Positions 1 through 10,020 of a stretch of 64,000 nucleotides of DNA are shown here, one piece after another. The DNA lies in contig CDROCS010000943.1 of assembly GCA_977020255.1 (NCBI GenBank), positions 124,001-188,000 on the forward strand, read 5' to 3'. Each line of letters opens with the position of its first letter. Position 1 is the first letter of the stretch. Source of the stretch: Obrimoposthia wandeli. Lineage: Eukaryota. Under the pieces are notes generated by a model. The model was not told the DNA's origin, ran no database searches, and saw only the letters and a list, made by a program, of their open reading frames with translations. Both the position numbers and the translations under genes were made by a program.

Positions 1-249
1 AATAACATCATGACGTTATAATCGATCAGACCAATTATCATCAAATCCCTTAATGACTTTAATATTTTTAATTTTCTTAAACTCAATACTAGTTAAACCA
101 GCTTCTCCATCTCCACCCTGATACCAATATATCTTATTGAATTTCGATTTAAAATATTTATTATTTTGAAGTAATTTACAAATAAATTGGGTTTTCCCAT
201 CTTCCACTTGGTCCTACAATTTGAAAATGGCATTGTTTTTCAACTCCAT
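1..249 (-). pseudogene. Polinton FtsK/A32-like packaging ATPase, N-terminal part, two frameshifts
   Basis: Reconstructs to MELKNNAIFQIVGPSGSGKTQFICKLL...IKGFDDNWSDRL*RHDVI. Walker A GPSG(S)GKT is split by a 1-nt insertion. It aligns with the ATPase copy at 14822-15330 (IEGFDVNWCERL-KEDVIIIDDL). Confidence 0.85.
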
Positions 250-279
250 AATAAATAAATGAATGGTAAGGAATAATGT

Positions 280-481
280 TTATAAGATAAAATAATTTAT
301 TACTAAACAAACACTGATACACATAAAACGAGTCTTCTCCCGGATTGAGCATCTGAATATCTTCATTATTTGTCCGGATGAGATTTCCGATGGCTTTGTT
401 GTGAATGAGTCTTCTCCCATGCTCTTCCAGATCTGAAACATCTTCTTCAACTTGCTTTTTAAAATAATTGGGAGTATACAT
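280..481 (-). CDS. small hypothetical Polinton ORF upstream of the ATPase
   Basis: ATG at 481, MYTPNYFKKQVEEDVSDLEEHGRRLIHNKAIGNLIR...; no family recognised. Confidence 0.35.
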
Positions 482-506
482 TTAAATAAGAATAAAATAT
501 TTCTGT

Positions 507-1114
507 TTAAGTGTTTGATAAAAAATTATAAAGACGAATTTGAGTACACATATTTTCAGAAGGAACGACAAAACTTCGCTTATTTTTTACAATATGAGAA
601 GCAGCACTAACAGACATAGAAAGATATAAGTAGGCTATAACAATTTTACAGCAGTATGTATTTCATAATGGCCACATACTAAAACATTTCCTCCTTTCTG
701 AATATTTTCTTTGATAATTTTATTTGTGCGTTTAAAATATTTCATTATTGTTTCATTCCTTTTAACGAAAACGGATCTATACTTTAACTTTTTATATTGA
801 ATTATATCAAATTGAGATGTATTGATAACATGAGTAAATCCTGTTTGAAGGAGCCCAGTTTCATCAGACCCATCACGATAATTACCAATATAAAGATGAT
901 TTATTAAAATTTCACTCATTTTCGTGCTTTCTAACTTCTCTTTAATAAAAACGCTATATCTAGAATCAATCCATATATCAAGAAGATGAGTCATTTGCAT
1001 CATTTCCATTCTAGAAGCATTAGCTATTAAAGGCTCCATAAAAGCTAATCCATTTAAAAATTCAAATCATCGTTCATCAATGTCATCCACTTCACTAATC
1101 ACTTTATCATTCAT
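507..1114 (-). pseudogene. dual-specificity phosphatase (DUSP/STYX-like) homolog lacking the catalytic motif
   Basis: HLYIGNYRDGSD...GFTHVIN N-terminal motif and GGNVLV strand. After a frameshift near 645 it continues IVIAYLYLSMSVSAASHIVKNKRSFVVPSENMCTQIRLY, the typical DUSP C-terminus. In-frame ATG at 1114 with one internal TGA. Confidence 0.8.
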
Positions 1115-1373
1115 TTTAGATCAAAATTAAATTGATTTTATGAAACCTTGATAAAAATTATTCAATTAACACTTTTTGATCTAATTAATTCATTGGTGCA
1201 GAAAAACAAATAATAATTTATGGGTAAAACAAATAATAATTTATTTATTTATCTATTTTACTAAATCACTTATTTAAAACATATTAAATCCGATAATAAA
1301 ATTGTTTTTGAAGCTAAAGTAATATTTTAGTTATTTTGTTATAACACTTGTTTTAGATCAAAATAACCTTTGT

Positions 1374-2225
1374 TTATAAATCAAGAAAAACACAAGTGAA
1401 CAGAGATATATTATACAAAATAACTTCAACTAGAAATACATAATCTAAAGTCTTTAAACCTAAAATCATAACTTTTCCACTTGCAAAAATGTTTACACAA
1501 AGTGGATTATACTTAATACAACGCAGTCCGGGAAATATTTTTGGTTCATAAACAGCATCAATTCCCATATTTTCACTCATCTTGTTAAGATTTATCCATT
1601 GTTTCAAGTCAACACTAACAGTAATCAATTGAATTCTTTCGATTTTTATATCAAATGGTAAAGTGCTTTCATCTAACACTTTTTTACAACCTATTATTCG
1701 ACACGAGCCTTAAAAATATTAATATTTTATAATAAAATAATTTACCAGATTTAAAGAGTACTATAGTATAGTCTAGAGTCTAGAATCCACATTCTCACAT
1801 TTAACAAATATCAAAGATTCGTTGAGAACACAGATGACAGATGAGCATCTGGAAGACCAATTAAAACTTAAAACCTCCATGTTAGAACCCGACATCAAAA
1901 TGTTGTCTCACAAGAAGCAATCTCAAAGAAGTCATTAAATTATTAAAAAGGTAAGTGAATAAATATAATTTTTTGTCTTAAAATACATGTTTACTTCGTG
2001 CAGTTATTAATTTAAATAATATTAATAAAAGGTAAAAAATTACAGTAAAAAATAGTTACACTTATTGACTGCGGCCTCATTGGGGGCGGCAAATTTATGT
2101 GTGGCCTCCACACATGAAAAGGTTCCCCACCCCTGGTCTAGACACTTGAGACGATATTTTTGAGGTTTCGATTTGCAAAAAGGTAAGTCCTTGGTAAGTC
2201 CCAATTTGATATTATGCAGAAACAT
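1374..2225 (-). CDS. TATA-binding-protein-like gene of Polinton 1, disrupted by a hAT insertion; 37-nt intron at 1709-1745
   Basis: C-terminal repeat YEPKIFPGL...VNIFASGKVMILGLK. Joining 2225-2136 + 1770-1746 + 1708-1374 gives a 450-nt open frame whose first-repeat end reads IVLFKSGSCRIIGCKK. Confidence 0.8.
1779..2135 (+). mobile_element. hAT (Charlie/GTF2IRD2-type) 3' fragment inserted in the TBP-like gene
   Basis: Translates ESTFSHLTNIKDSLRTQMTDEHLEDQLKLKTSMLEPDIKMLSHKKQSQRSH*. Right TIR GGTTCCCCACCCCTG ends at 2135. 8-bp TSD GTCTAGAG (1771-1778) / GTCTAGAC (2136-2143). Confidence 0.85.
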
Positions 2226-2512
2226 TTATTCACAGTTTATAATTTAAAAAATATATTACAACTTTTTGCAACTTCTTATTGGTTAATTTATTTCTTAATC
2301 ACTTATTTAAAACATATTAAATCAGATAATAAAATTGATTTTAGAAAAATTATAAGTTATTTAAATTTTACCATAAGTTAGCTATATTTTATTAAATATT
2401 GATTACTTATTTTAAAAATATTAAAAATAAAAAATTTGAGACAAAATGATATTATCAAAATATTGTGGCCCCGAAGAGGGCCGGGGTTCATTCTCATTTG
2501 CAATGTGATACA

Positions 2513-2695
2513 TTAACTCCACTGCGGTGCCGACACAAAGACAGGAATATTCCTTGAATTGAAATGTACTAATCCTGGGATTTCTTCCACCTCCAGCTTT
2601 TTCCGAAGCATCAGAGGTTCCAGGAGAATCACTTTTCTTTTAAATAAGAGCGAATCATCACTTAAAATTATTTTAATTTTTTGTTTATTATCCAT
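2513..2695 (-). CDS. small conserved Polinton accessory protein (60 aa)
   Basis: LMLRKKLEVEEIPGL matches LMLRESLEVEEIPGL encoded at 25140-25195 in Polinton 2. Confidence 0.6.
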   Translation of the reverse strand: MDNKQKIKIILSDDSLLFKRKVILLEPLMLRKKLEVEEIPGLVHFNSRNIPVFVSAPQWS

Positions 2696-2927
2696 TTATA
2701 AAATCTTGTTTAAAATAAATCAATTAACACTATTTTATGATGTAATTAAATCATTGATGCGATAAAACAAATATAAACATTTAATTAGATTCTTCTATAT
2801 ATAATTTGTTTTAAATAATTAATAATGAACAATAATGTTCTAGAAACACATCATTTAACTATCATTGGTTAATATCTACATCGATTTTATATATAAACGA
2901 TGAGAAATTTCATAAATTTTGATAAAA

Positions 2928-3317
2928 ATGCAAGCCAATACCGATTTGTATCAACGTGTTCATACTTATCATGGTTACGAGATGCATTTTCTCAAGAACC
3001 CTATCCATTATAATTTCAGATATCCAGCATCGGTGAGAAAACAGAAATTCAATTACCTAATTTCAAACATTATTAAAGCTGATGTTGAAAGAATAAATAA
3101 AATACTTACAAAAATTAATTGTGAGTACTGTCTACAAGTACCCAAATTCATTATCAAAGGAGATGAAACCATTTTCAGAAATATATATGGCTCAATATTA
3201 ATTGAATGCCCAACTGAATTATAATGGAATATCAATATGAAGATACAAGGTTACAAGATCGGACCTAGTGGATTGGTGACTCCTATTTGGAAAATAATTA
3301 ATGGAATTAGTAAATAA
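2928..3317 (+). pseudogene. Polinton accessory gene, possible OB-fold ssDNA-binding protein; one premature stop
   Basis: In-frame continuation after TAA at 3222-3224 (WNINMKIQGYKIGPSGLVTPIWKIINGISK*). Colinear homolog at 30443-30846. Confidence 0.6.
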
Positions 3318-3559
3318 ATATTGTTGGATCTTTATTTTCTACTTTGTTTTCTCATTTATTAACAATAATAATTTATTAATAGGAAACAAAAGAACCTATT
3401 TAACCTAATGACATAACCTATAGTAAAATATATTTTGATCCTAAACATGCATAAAACTCTTACATCATTTAACCCTTTACATACATTTACTTGTTTTCCC
3501 ATTTAGTATTACATCATTTAACCATTTCCCAGGCTTCCAATATCTTATACTTTATTTTG

Positions 3560-4240
3560 AAAATTATGAATTTATTCCATCAAAATTTGACTTGGCCTAA
3601 CTAATGACTGGAAACCACTGAACCTTGGGATTTGAAATAATACTTTTCAGAAAGAGAGAAAGAAACTCTATTTAGAAATCAATAAATCATTATTTAAATT
3701 TAATTTTAAATCGAACATTCTACCGTTATTATAATTTCAAAAATATATTGATTTATCGAAAATCGCCTGAAAATTATCAATTAATTCCATCATATTTTGA
3801 CTTGGCCTAACTAATGACTGGAATTGGTTAACAATTGGGTTTTAAAATTATATAGTTCGGAAAGACAGAATGAAACTCTATATAGAACCTCCGATAGTAA
3901 ATTATTCAAGTAGTATTTCGAGTATTAAATAGCCTCAGTAATCGAAGTGGCCCGAAAGACACACGGTTTATTCCGTCTAAAATAGCCCTAAAATGCCTCA
4001 AAATTCAGATTTCCCTCCCCGTAAATTTTCCTTGAGCCTATAGAGACACGTAAAATTTACCTGAAAGTCACTCAAATAGCCTCAGTAATCAAGGTGGCCC
4101 GAAAGACACACGGTTTTTTCCGTCTAAATTTGTCCGAAAAGTAGTATATTCGAAAAAAGTTGACAGAAATTTGATGAAAAAAGATTCTAGCGCTGGTTCT
4201 TCGGGGGGGGGGTGGAGAGTGGCCCGAAAGACACATATCC
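3560..4240. repeat. Polinton 1 subterminal direct repeats
   Basis: TTTGACTTGGCCTAACTAATGACTGGAA twice (~3586 and ~3797). AAATAGCCTCAGTAATC..GTGGCCCGAAAGACACACGGTTT.TTCCGTCTAAA twice (~3927, ~4075), with a third GTGGCCCGAAAGACAC at ~4219. Confidence 0.8.
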
Positions 4241-4869
4241 CCCTACTGTTTTTTTATTCTACGATATTAGCCTATTATAAATTTATTATAATTTTGTCTG
4301 CGTTACTTGATGAAATAAATGGGAGAGGCGCCAAGAATAAATCTTTTTTAAAGGGAGGCTAAGTAACATAAAGTTTGAAAAGCACTGTTATAGAGATATT
4401 TGAAATTTATGTTCCGAATCTTTACAGCCATCAACCGATTAGTACATTTTTTCATTTTTCAGAGTTTTTTTTCAAATTACTGAGCTTTAGGAAAATAAGC
4501 AAATACTTTGTACAAACACACGTACTCGTGTAAGATTTATTTAAAAAAACTTTGACTTTATGAAGAATTTATTCCAAACTGGTTAAAAGCCTAATATGAA
4601 AATTACGGGTAAAATAAGCTTGATATTCTTCAGTGGGAGGAATATTTCAATCATAAATACATGTCTTTTAGAAGTAGAAAACTGTATTAACTTCAAGTTT
4701 ATATCCTGCAAAAATACATTTTCAATTTTGGAACATTATAAAAAAGTCTTTTTAATACTGCCTATGGATTTTCAATGATTAATTTGTATGAAAATATGTG
4801 TATTTTATAAGCCATTATCATTTTCAAAAATTCTCTATATTTAGCGATATCAATTATAACAAAAGTAGT

Positions 4870-5298
4870 ACAGTGAATCCCGATTTATAAATTCATTGTG
4901 GGACCGGACTAATTCGGATTTATTAGCCGAGAGAAAGAAAGTTACCTTGTCATGAATGAGTTCGTCCAGTTTACCTTCTTCCATCTTCAAAGTCACAACG
5001 ACACCATCATCTACGGACAACCAATTAAGTGTTTTTGTTCACCCTCCGAGCCTTCTTCCCCTCTGAATATTGCGCTACAGGCGATTTGTCAGTTCCGCGT
5101 GTCGCATGGGCGAGCGCTAACTGAACTATAGGTCAACACAACATGTTTAAGCCTGAACGAAGGGGTAGTCATCTCTTTTCCTTAAATCAACGTGTTCACG
5201 GCTGAGATTTTATATGTAAAAATTCCCGTCCAAAGTCAATATGGATGCATTAAGCGAATGTATATATGATAAGTGAAGTTATAAAGCAGGATTTACTG
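4870..5298. mobile_element. Tc1/mariner (pogo-like) MITE
   Basis: TA|CAGTGAATCCCGATTTATAA ... TTATAAAGCAGGATTTACTG|TA imperfect TIRs with TA flanks. Confidence 0.65.
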
Positions 5299-5847
5299 TA
5301 TTTAAAAAGTATTAATTAATCATTAAAACATAGAGGACTATTTTTAGACAGATACCTCATTTTGCTTTGAATGTTTATGATGTAATTTCTGTTTTAGTTC
5401 GAGAAAAAGTGTCTGGATCCATCTTATTTTGATGAGATTACAAGTTTATTGGGCACAATTTTCGGTAAGAAGCATTGCGATACGTACTTAGACGCAAAGT
5501 ACAGTTTTCCTATTCTACAGTTTTCCCCAATAACGGTAATTATTTTTTAGTTTTATAAGGAACTTTATTTATCGATTTTATAATCATCGTGGAAGTTTGT
5601 CACTGACTTAAAGAAAGTGAAATCCGTTTTTTAAACATTAGCTATAATAAACTTTGTATTACATATACTTTAATTAAAAATTAAAATCATGAGCTAAAAT
5701 GGGTCTTAAGTGTGTGAAAATTACTACGGGGTTCTCCACTTGAAAAGGTAACATTACATTTGCAATTAATTTCTACCCCTTTATTTCATACTGTTACCAT
5801 TTGGTATCATAAATCTCAAAGACCTTACTTCGAAACATCGTATCTAC

Positions 5848-6970
5848 TGTTGAAGTTCACAAATGACCTAGTAAAATTTTAAAATTTAATAAAATAAGCT
5901 GTATTTATAGTTTTGGCCAAGAACATAGGGAAGAACAACAAAAGTAAAATAACATTTAAATTAATACAAAAACCCAACAAAGAAAAATGTATTATCTTAA
6001 AAAATTGAATTAATTAATCTCAGGCGACTGGGATGCTATATTAGTCAGTCACTTGAGGTACAACATGTTTTTACGAGGCAGAGAAAAGTACGGAGGTTGA
6101 CTGAAGGAGATTTCATGAAAATTCCAAAAGCACCCGATTTATATTGTACATAGAACAGAAGAATAACCTTCCAAAATAACAGAGTTGTTTCCGATGAGAA
6201 ATCTGAAAATGAAATTATTATCGACAGTACAGACGTATTTTTTTGCTTCATTCTAAAATCATGTCTTTGATCAGTTAAACTTTATTTAAAATCTCACCTT
6301 AAAGTAATTTGCAATTTACCTACTTACCAAATAAACTCACGGACATGTAACGATCCCAGCTTTCTATAAAATCTCATCACCCCTAACTGAGCATCTGGGG
6401 GTAAATATCTCTCATTGAATTTTTACATATGATAACTTAAAACTGTAACAAACCACTTTGTATTAACTTTGCTATAATATATTATGTTTTTAGAATTTGC
6501 TAATTTTTATAAGGTAGAATAGCGTACGAGCAATAATTACAGTTGTAGTTGTCCAAAAGAAATCCCAGTGAATTGCACTAACATTATCACACCGAGTAGA
6601 GGTCGCGTATACCGAGGGCCATTTTTACCTTCAGGTTTGAGACAAAATCATGTTAAGCCCTACAAATGAGTCATATACTTTTAAGAAATCATGAGCTTGA
6701 GACTTTCCTAAGAAGTGTAAAAACTGTAGCCCAATGGTACTTTCTTGGTATATGTGTTGTCACAAAAGAAGCTTGACCTACATTTCTAATGGCAGACTTG
6801 TTAGCTTTTACAAAGTTTTACATATTTATAAACCGTGCCTTGTCATGGAAGAAAGGGTTAAGTTTAGTTGTAATCGATTTTTGTATATTTATTATGTTTA
6901 CTTATACAGGGTTTTCGAGGACTTCACACTGCCTTGCAAACACCACCACTTAAAAATAAAGTTTGCATTA
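5848..6970 (+). mobile_element. solo LTR, TGTTAAG family (copy A1)
   Basis: Starts TGTTGAAG and carries the TATTTATAGTTTTGGCCAAGAACAT motif and the internal hairpin. 6330-6700 is homologous to 48070-49160. Right boundary uncertain. Confidence 0.55.
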
Positions 6971-7522
6971 TCGTTTCTATGTTAATGTCGGCAAAATGTT
7001 AAGCCATTTTTTGTTTTATCGGATTCATGGTTTCCGGTTTTTGGGGATTTGGGGACTTCTCGCGAACACCACCATTTAGTCGTGATGAGACCTAAAAGCT
7101 CTAAAATATTCTACCAATGGATAAATATGTTGAACATATTTCTTTTTCACGCAATTAACATACAATTCTTATAAATGTTTCGTAATTTGTTAATTCTCTC
7201 CCGAACAAATTTTTGCCTGCGTCACTAGTTACAGTCAAAAACATCTCCAATGTAGAACTTGTGAAATTGTGCTTTATGATGACAATGATCTCGAATGTTG
7301 GATTAATCATACATCGCCAGTTCAGCTTACTAAAATGGCTCACTAGACATTCGTATTAAATCTATTAAGAAAGAATTCAATTGAGAAAGTCTCACATCGT
7401 ACACATTTAAAGTTTGAGAAAAAAATAGAGGCATTTGATCTGCAGTACAATCAATCGTTATACATCTAAACTCCAGCTGACAGATGTTCCCACGGAAACG
7501 TTGTAGGTAACTAGTTACTAGA

Positions 7523-8235
7523 TAAGGGATGGCAAACCTTTTTTGTCGCTGAACCAATTTTCTTTGGAAGCTAGTTGAAATACAATCTTTTTTAAAACAT
7601 ATCGAAAATAATATAAAACATTATAATGTATGTAATCTTTGTTTTTGGAAGCCAGTTTTTCTATATCATGCTTGTAATTAGTAAGCTTTAATCGTACACA
7701 AGCAGCAGTCCCAAACTATTGTGATGTGGATTTTTGATAAATTTATTTGAGAAAACATCTGTTCACATGCATGTGAAAAGTGCGTTTGCTAATAGTTTCA
7801 TTTAAATGAATGTGTTTGGTAAGAATATCCATTTTCGTATTATTATCTTTTCAACTTTATCGTCGATTGATTCGCCAAAACAGTTAATATTTATTTCCAG
7901 TTATATAATTAGCTCTATTTCCCAATGTTTTTTAAGTATCATATTGGTTGTGGGTTTGCTATCCTTATACTATTTAGTTAGTTTTCCCCAAATAAATGTA
8001 TTTCTGACTATAGATTTGCACATAAGAAGCGTTTTTGTCGTCTACCAAAGTTTATTGTGGCTTCAACCTACATACAATCATTCGCACTGGTCCAGGAATA
8101 TAAACACTGAATACAATTTTATAGCCTCGTTCAGTCAATATTTGTTACTGTTCAGCTGTTACCTTGCATGTAATTTGTAGTTTAAAAACACTTAATCTTG
8201 AATATCTTATGTTTTATAGTTTGCCAATGCGATAA
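7523..8235. mobile_element. possible hAT-derived non-autonomous element
   Basis: hAT-like end AGGGATGGCAAACCTTTT at ~7525 and a partial inverted copy AGTTTGCCAATGC at ~8218. Confidence 0.3.
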
Positions 8236-9437
8236 GGTTAATAAAGTTTATTGTGAATACAATATGCAAAATTAAAAAAGTGATTCAGAGATGAACGTAT
8301 TAAACCAAAACTAAATTCATGTATATATTGCTAAGGAATTTAAGACCTCTATGTCATAATTTCTTTTGTAACCGTCTGGTATTAGTCTCGATTAATTTTT
8401 CCGAAGACGTAGTCGCCATGTTAGCAGCTGCAACTTCCATTTAAGCCAAGACGTGATTTCAAAATTTTATTTATAAATCCGAATATTTAAACAATTATTT
8501 CAAATCATAATTGTGAATAATTTCAATTTGCATTTGTTCATATTTTCTTTGGAGAAAACGGATAGCCACGGATAGCCACGTATATAATACATAATTGTAT
8601 AACTATAAATATATAAATATTAATCGATTTATTTTACTTGGATATGATTATAATCCTTTATTTGTTCTATTTTAAATTTTAATCATTCAATTTAGATTTA
8701 AAATATATTCTAACAGTCATCAACAACCTTTGGGTAGGTTAAATACAAAAGTGTTGTGGAATGAAAGGAGAAAGTTTTGGTGGATTTTATTGGTGGAATT
8801 GATACAATGAAAACATTCGGGATAAAGCTGCAGGATGTATGTAATTTGGACTCGTCTTACATTATGAAAAAGCTTTCCTCGAAAGAAAAAAGCAGATAAA
8901 GTATATAATTATTTAAAATGTGAAACTCAATTGTAGGACATTATATTGAGGAGTTGGAAAATTTTGATTTAGGATATACCAAAATTTTCTCTTATAAAAT
9001 TGAGACTATGGTCGATCCAATTTGTCAAAAATCTAGACGACAACCAAAGCATTTAGAAAATCAATTAGACCTTGTAAAAGTCTTTGGAACTCACCTTTGA
9101 TCATTGTGAAGAGGCCAGACAATATGTGTGTTGACTATAAACAATTGAATGATGTTATCAATAAGTTTACATTTCCAATACCGGTTGCACAACTTTTGTT
9201 CGATTGTCTGGTTGATTCAAAAATATTTACGATATTAGATATTACCAGGTAGATCTAGAAAATGGGTCTCATACAACAACTGTCTTTAGTACAAAACTAT
9301 AACAATTTTGTTTCAATCGGTTGCCATTTAAGTTGGCTACAGTACTGGCAACATTCCTGAGTCTGATACATTAAATATTGGATGGTTTGCTGTTCAAAGG
9401 AACAATTGTTTATCTAGATGATATCCTTTTTATAGTA

Positions 9438-10020
9438 CAGTAATTATTCACCTATAAGGGGTCCCACCTATTAGGGTGTCCGGTCACCGAAAATTTCACG
9501 CTTCACCTATAAGGGTGCCCGGTGACCGGATTTAAGTCCTTGAAAAAATCAAAACAAATGAAATCAACAAATACAGACAAAAAGTATCAAAGTTCAAAGC
9601 AACAATCAAAACAAATGAAATCAACAAATACAGACAAAAAGTATCAAAGTTCAAAGCAACAATCAAAACAAATGAAATCAACAAATACAGACAAAAAGTA
9701 TCAAAGTTCAAAGCAAGAACCTTCTAAGAACGCAGAACAACGTTTGGCTAAAACACTTGCAAACCTGATCAAGAATAAATGTTTTTTAGCCGCACAAGAA
9801 ATCGAGAAGGAAATTATCGAGTTGAACACCACATATAAATGTATCTGAACATATGTAATTAATGTAAGTAAACATCTTTTCAGGATTTTAAGTTCTTGTT
9901 TGAATATTCGACTGTACTCTTACAGGTGAGACTTTTAAATAATGCATCTATAAGTGATTCGGTGTCGGTCTCTCTCAAAAACATGTTTTAATGAATACCC
10001 TTACAGGTGAATAATTACTG
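9438..10020. mobile_element. pogo-like MITE nested in the gypsy RT
   Basis: TA|CAGTAATTATTCACCTATAAGGG ... CCCTTACAGGTGAATAATTACTG|TA; 23-bp TIRs with one mismatch. Confidence 0.85.
9549..9719. repeat. 3 x 57-bp tandem repeat inside the MITE
   Basis: Units start at 9549, 9606 and 9663 (TCAAAACAAATGAAATCAACAAATACAGACAAAAAGTATCAAAGTTCAAAGCAACAA). Confidence 0.95.

Larger units (their letters stand above)
1..4247. mobile_element. Polinton/Maverick element 1, right-hand part (left part off-window), decayed
   Basis: Packaging ATPase remnant at 1-249, a block of accessory ORFs, subterminal tandem repeats at 3560-4240, and a terminus ...CCCCCTACT at 4247 (reverse complement AGTAGGGGG, matching the Polinton 5'-AG/AGTAG end). 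Confidence 0.8.

Noticed and set aside
2040-2225. 61-aa ORF as a stand-alone gene
   Set aside because: It is a chimera: TBP-like N-terminus (2225-2136) read into the hAT TIR.
3927-4240. Regularly spaced direct repeats resembling a CRISPR array
   Set aside because: Eukaryotic context, only 2-3 long units, no cas genes; explained as Polinton subterminal repeats.
7075-7110. GTGATGAG as a hammerhead ribozyme core
   Set aside because: Lacks the CTGA core, a paired GAAA and flanking stems.
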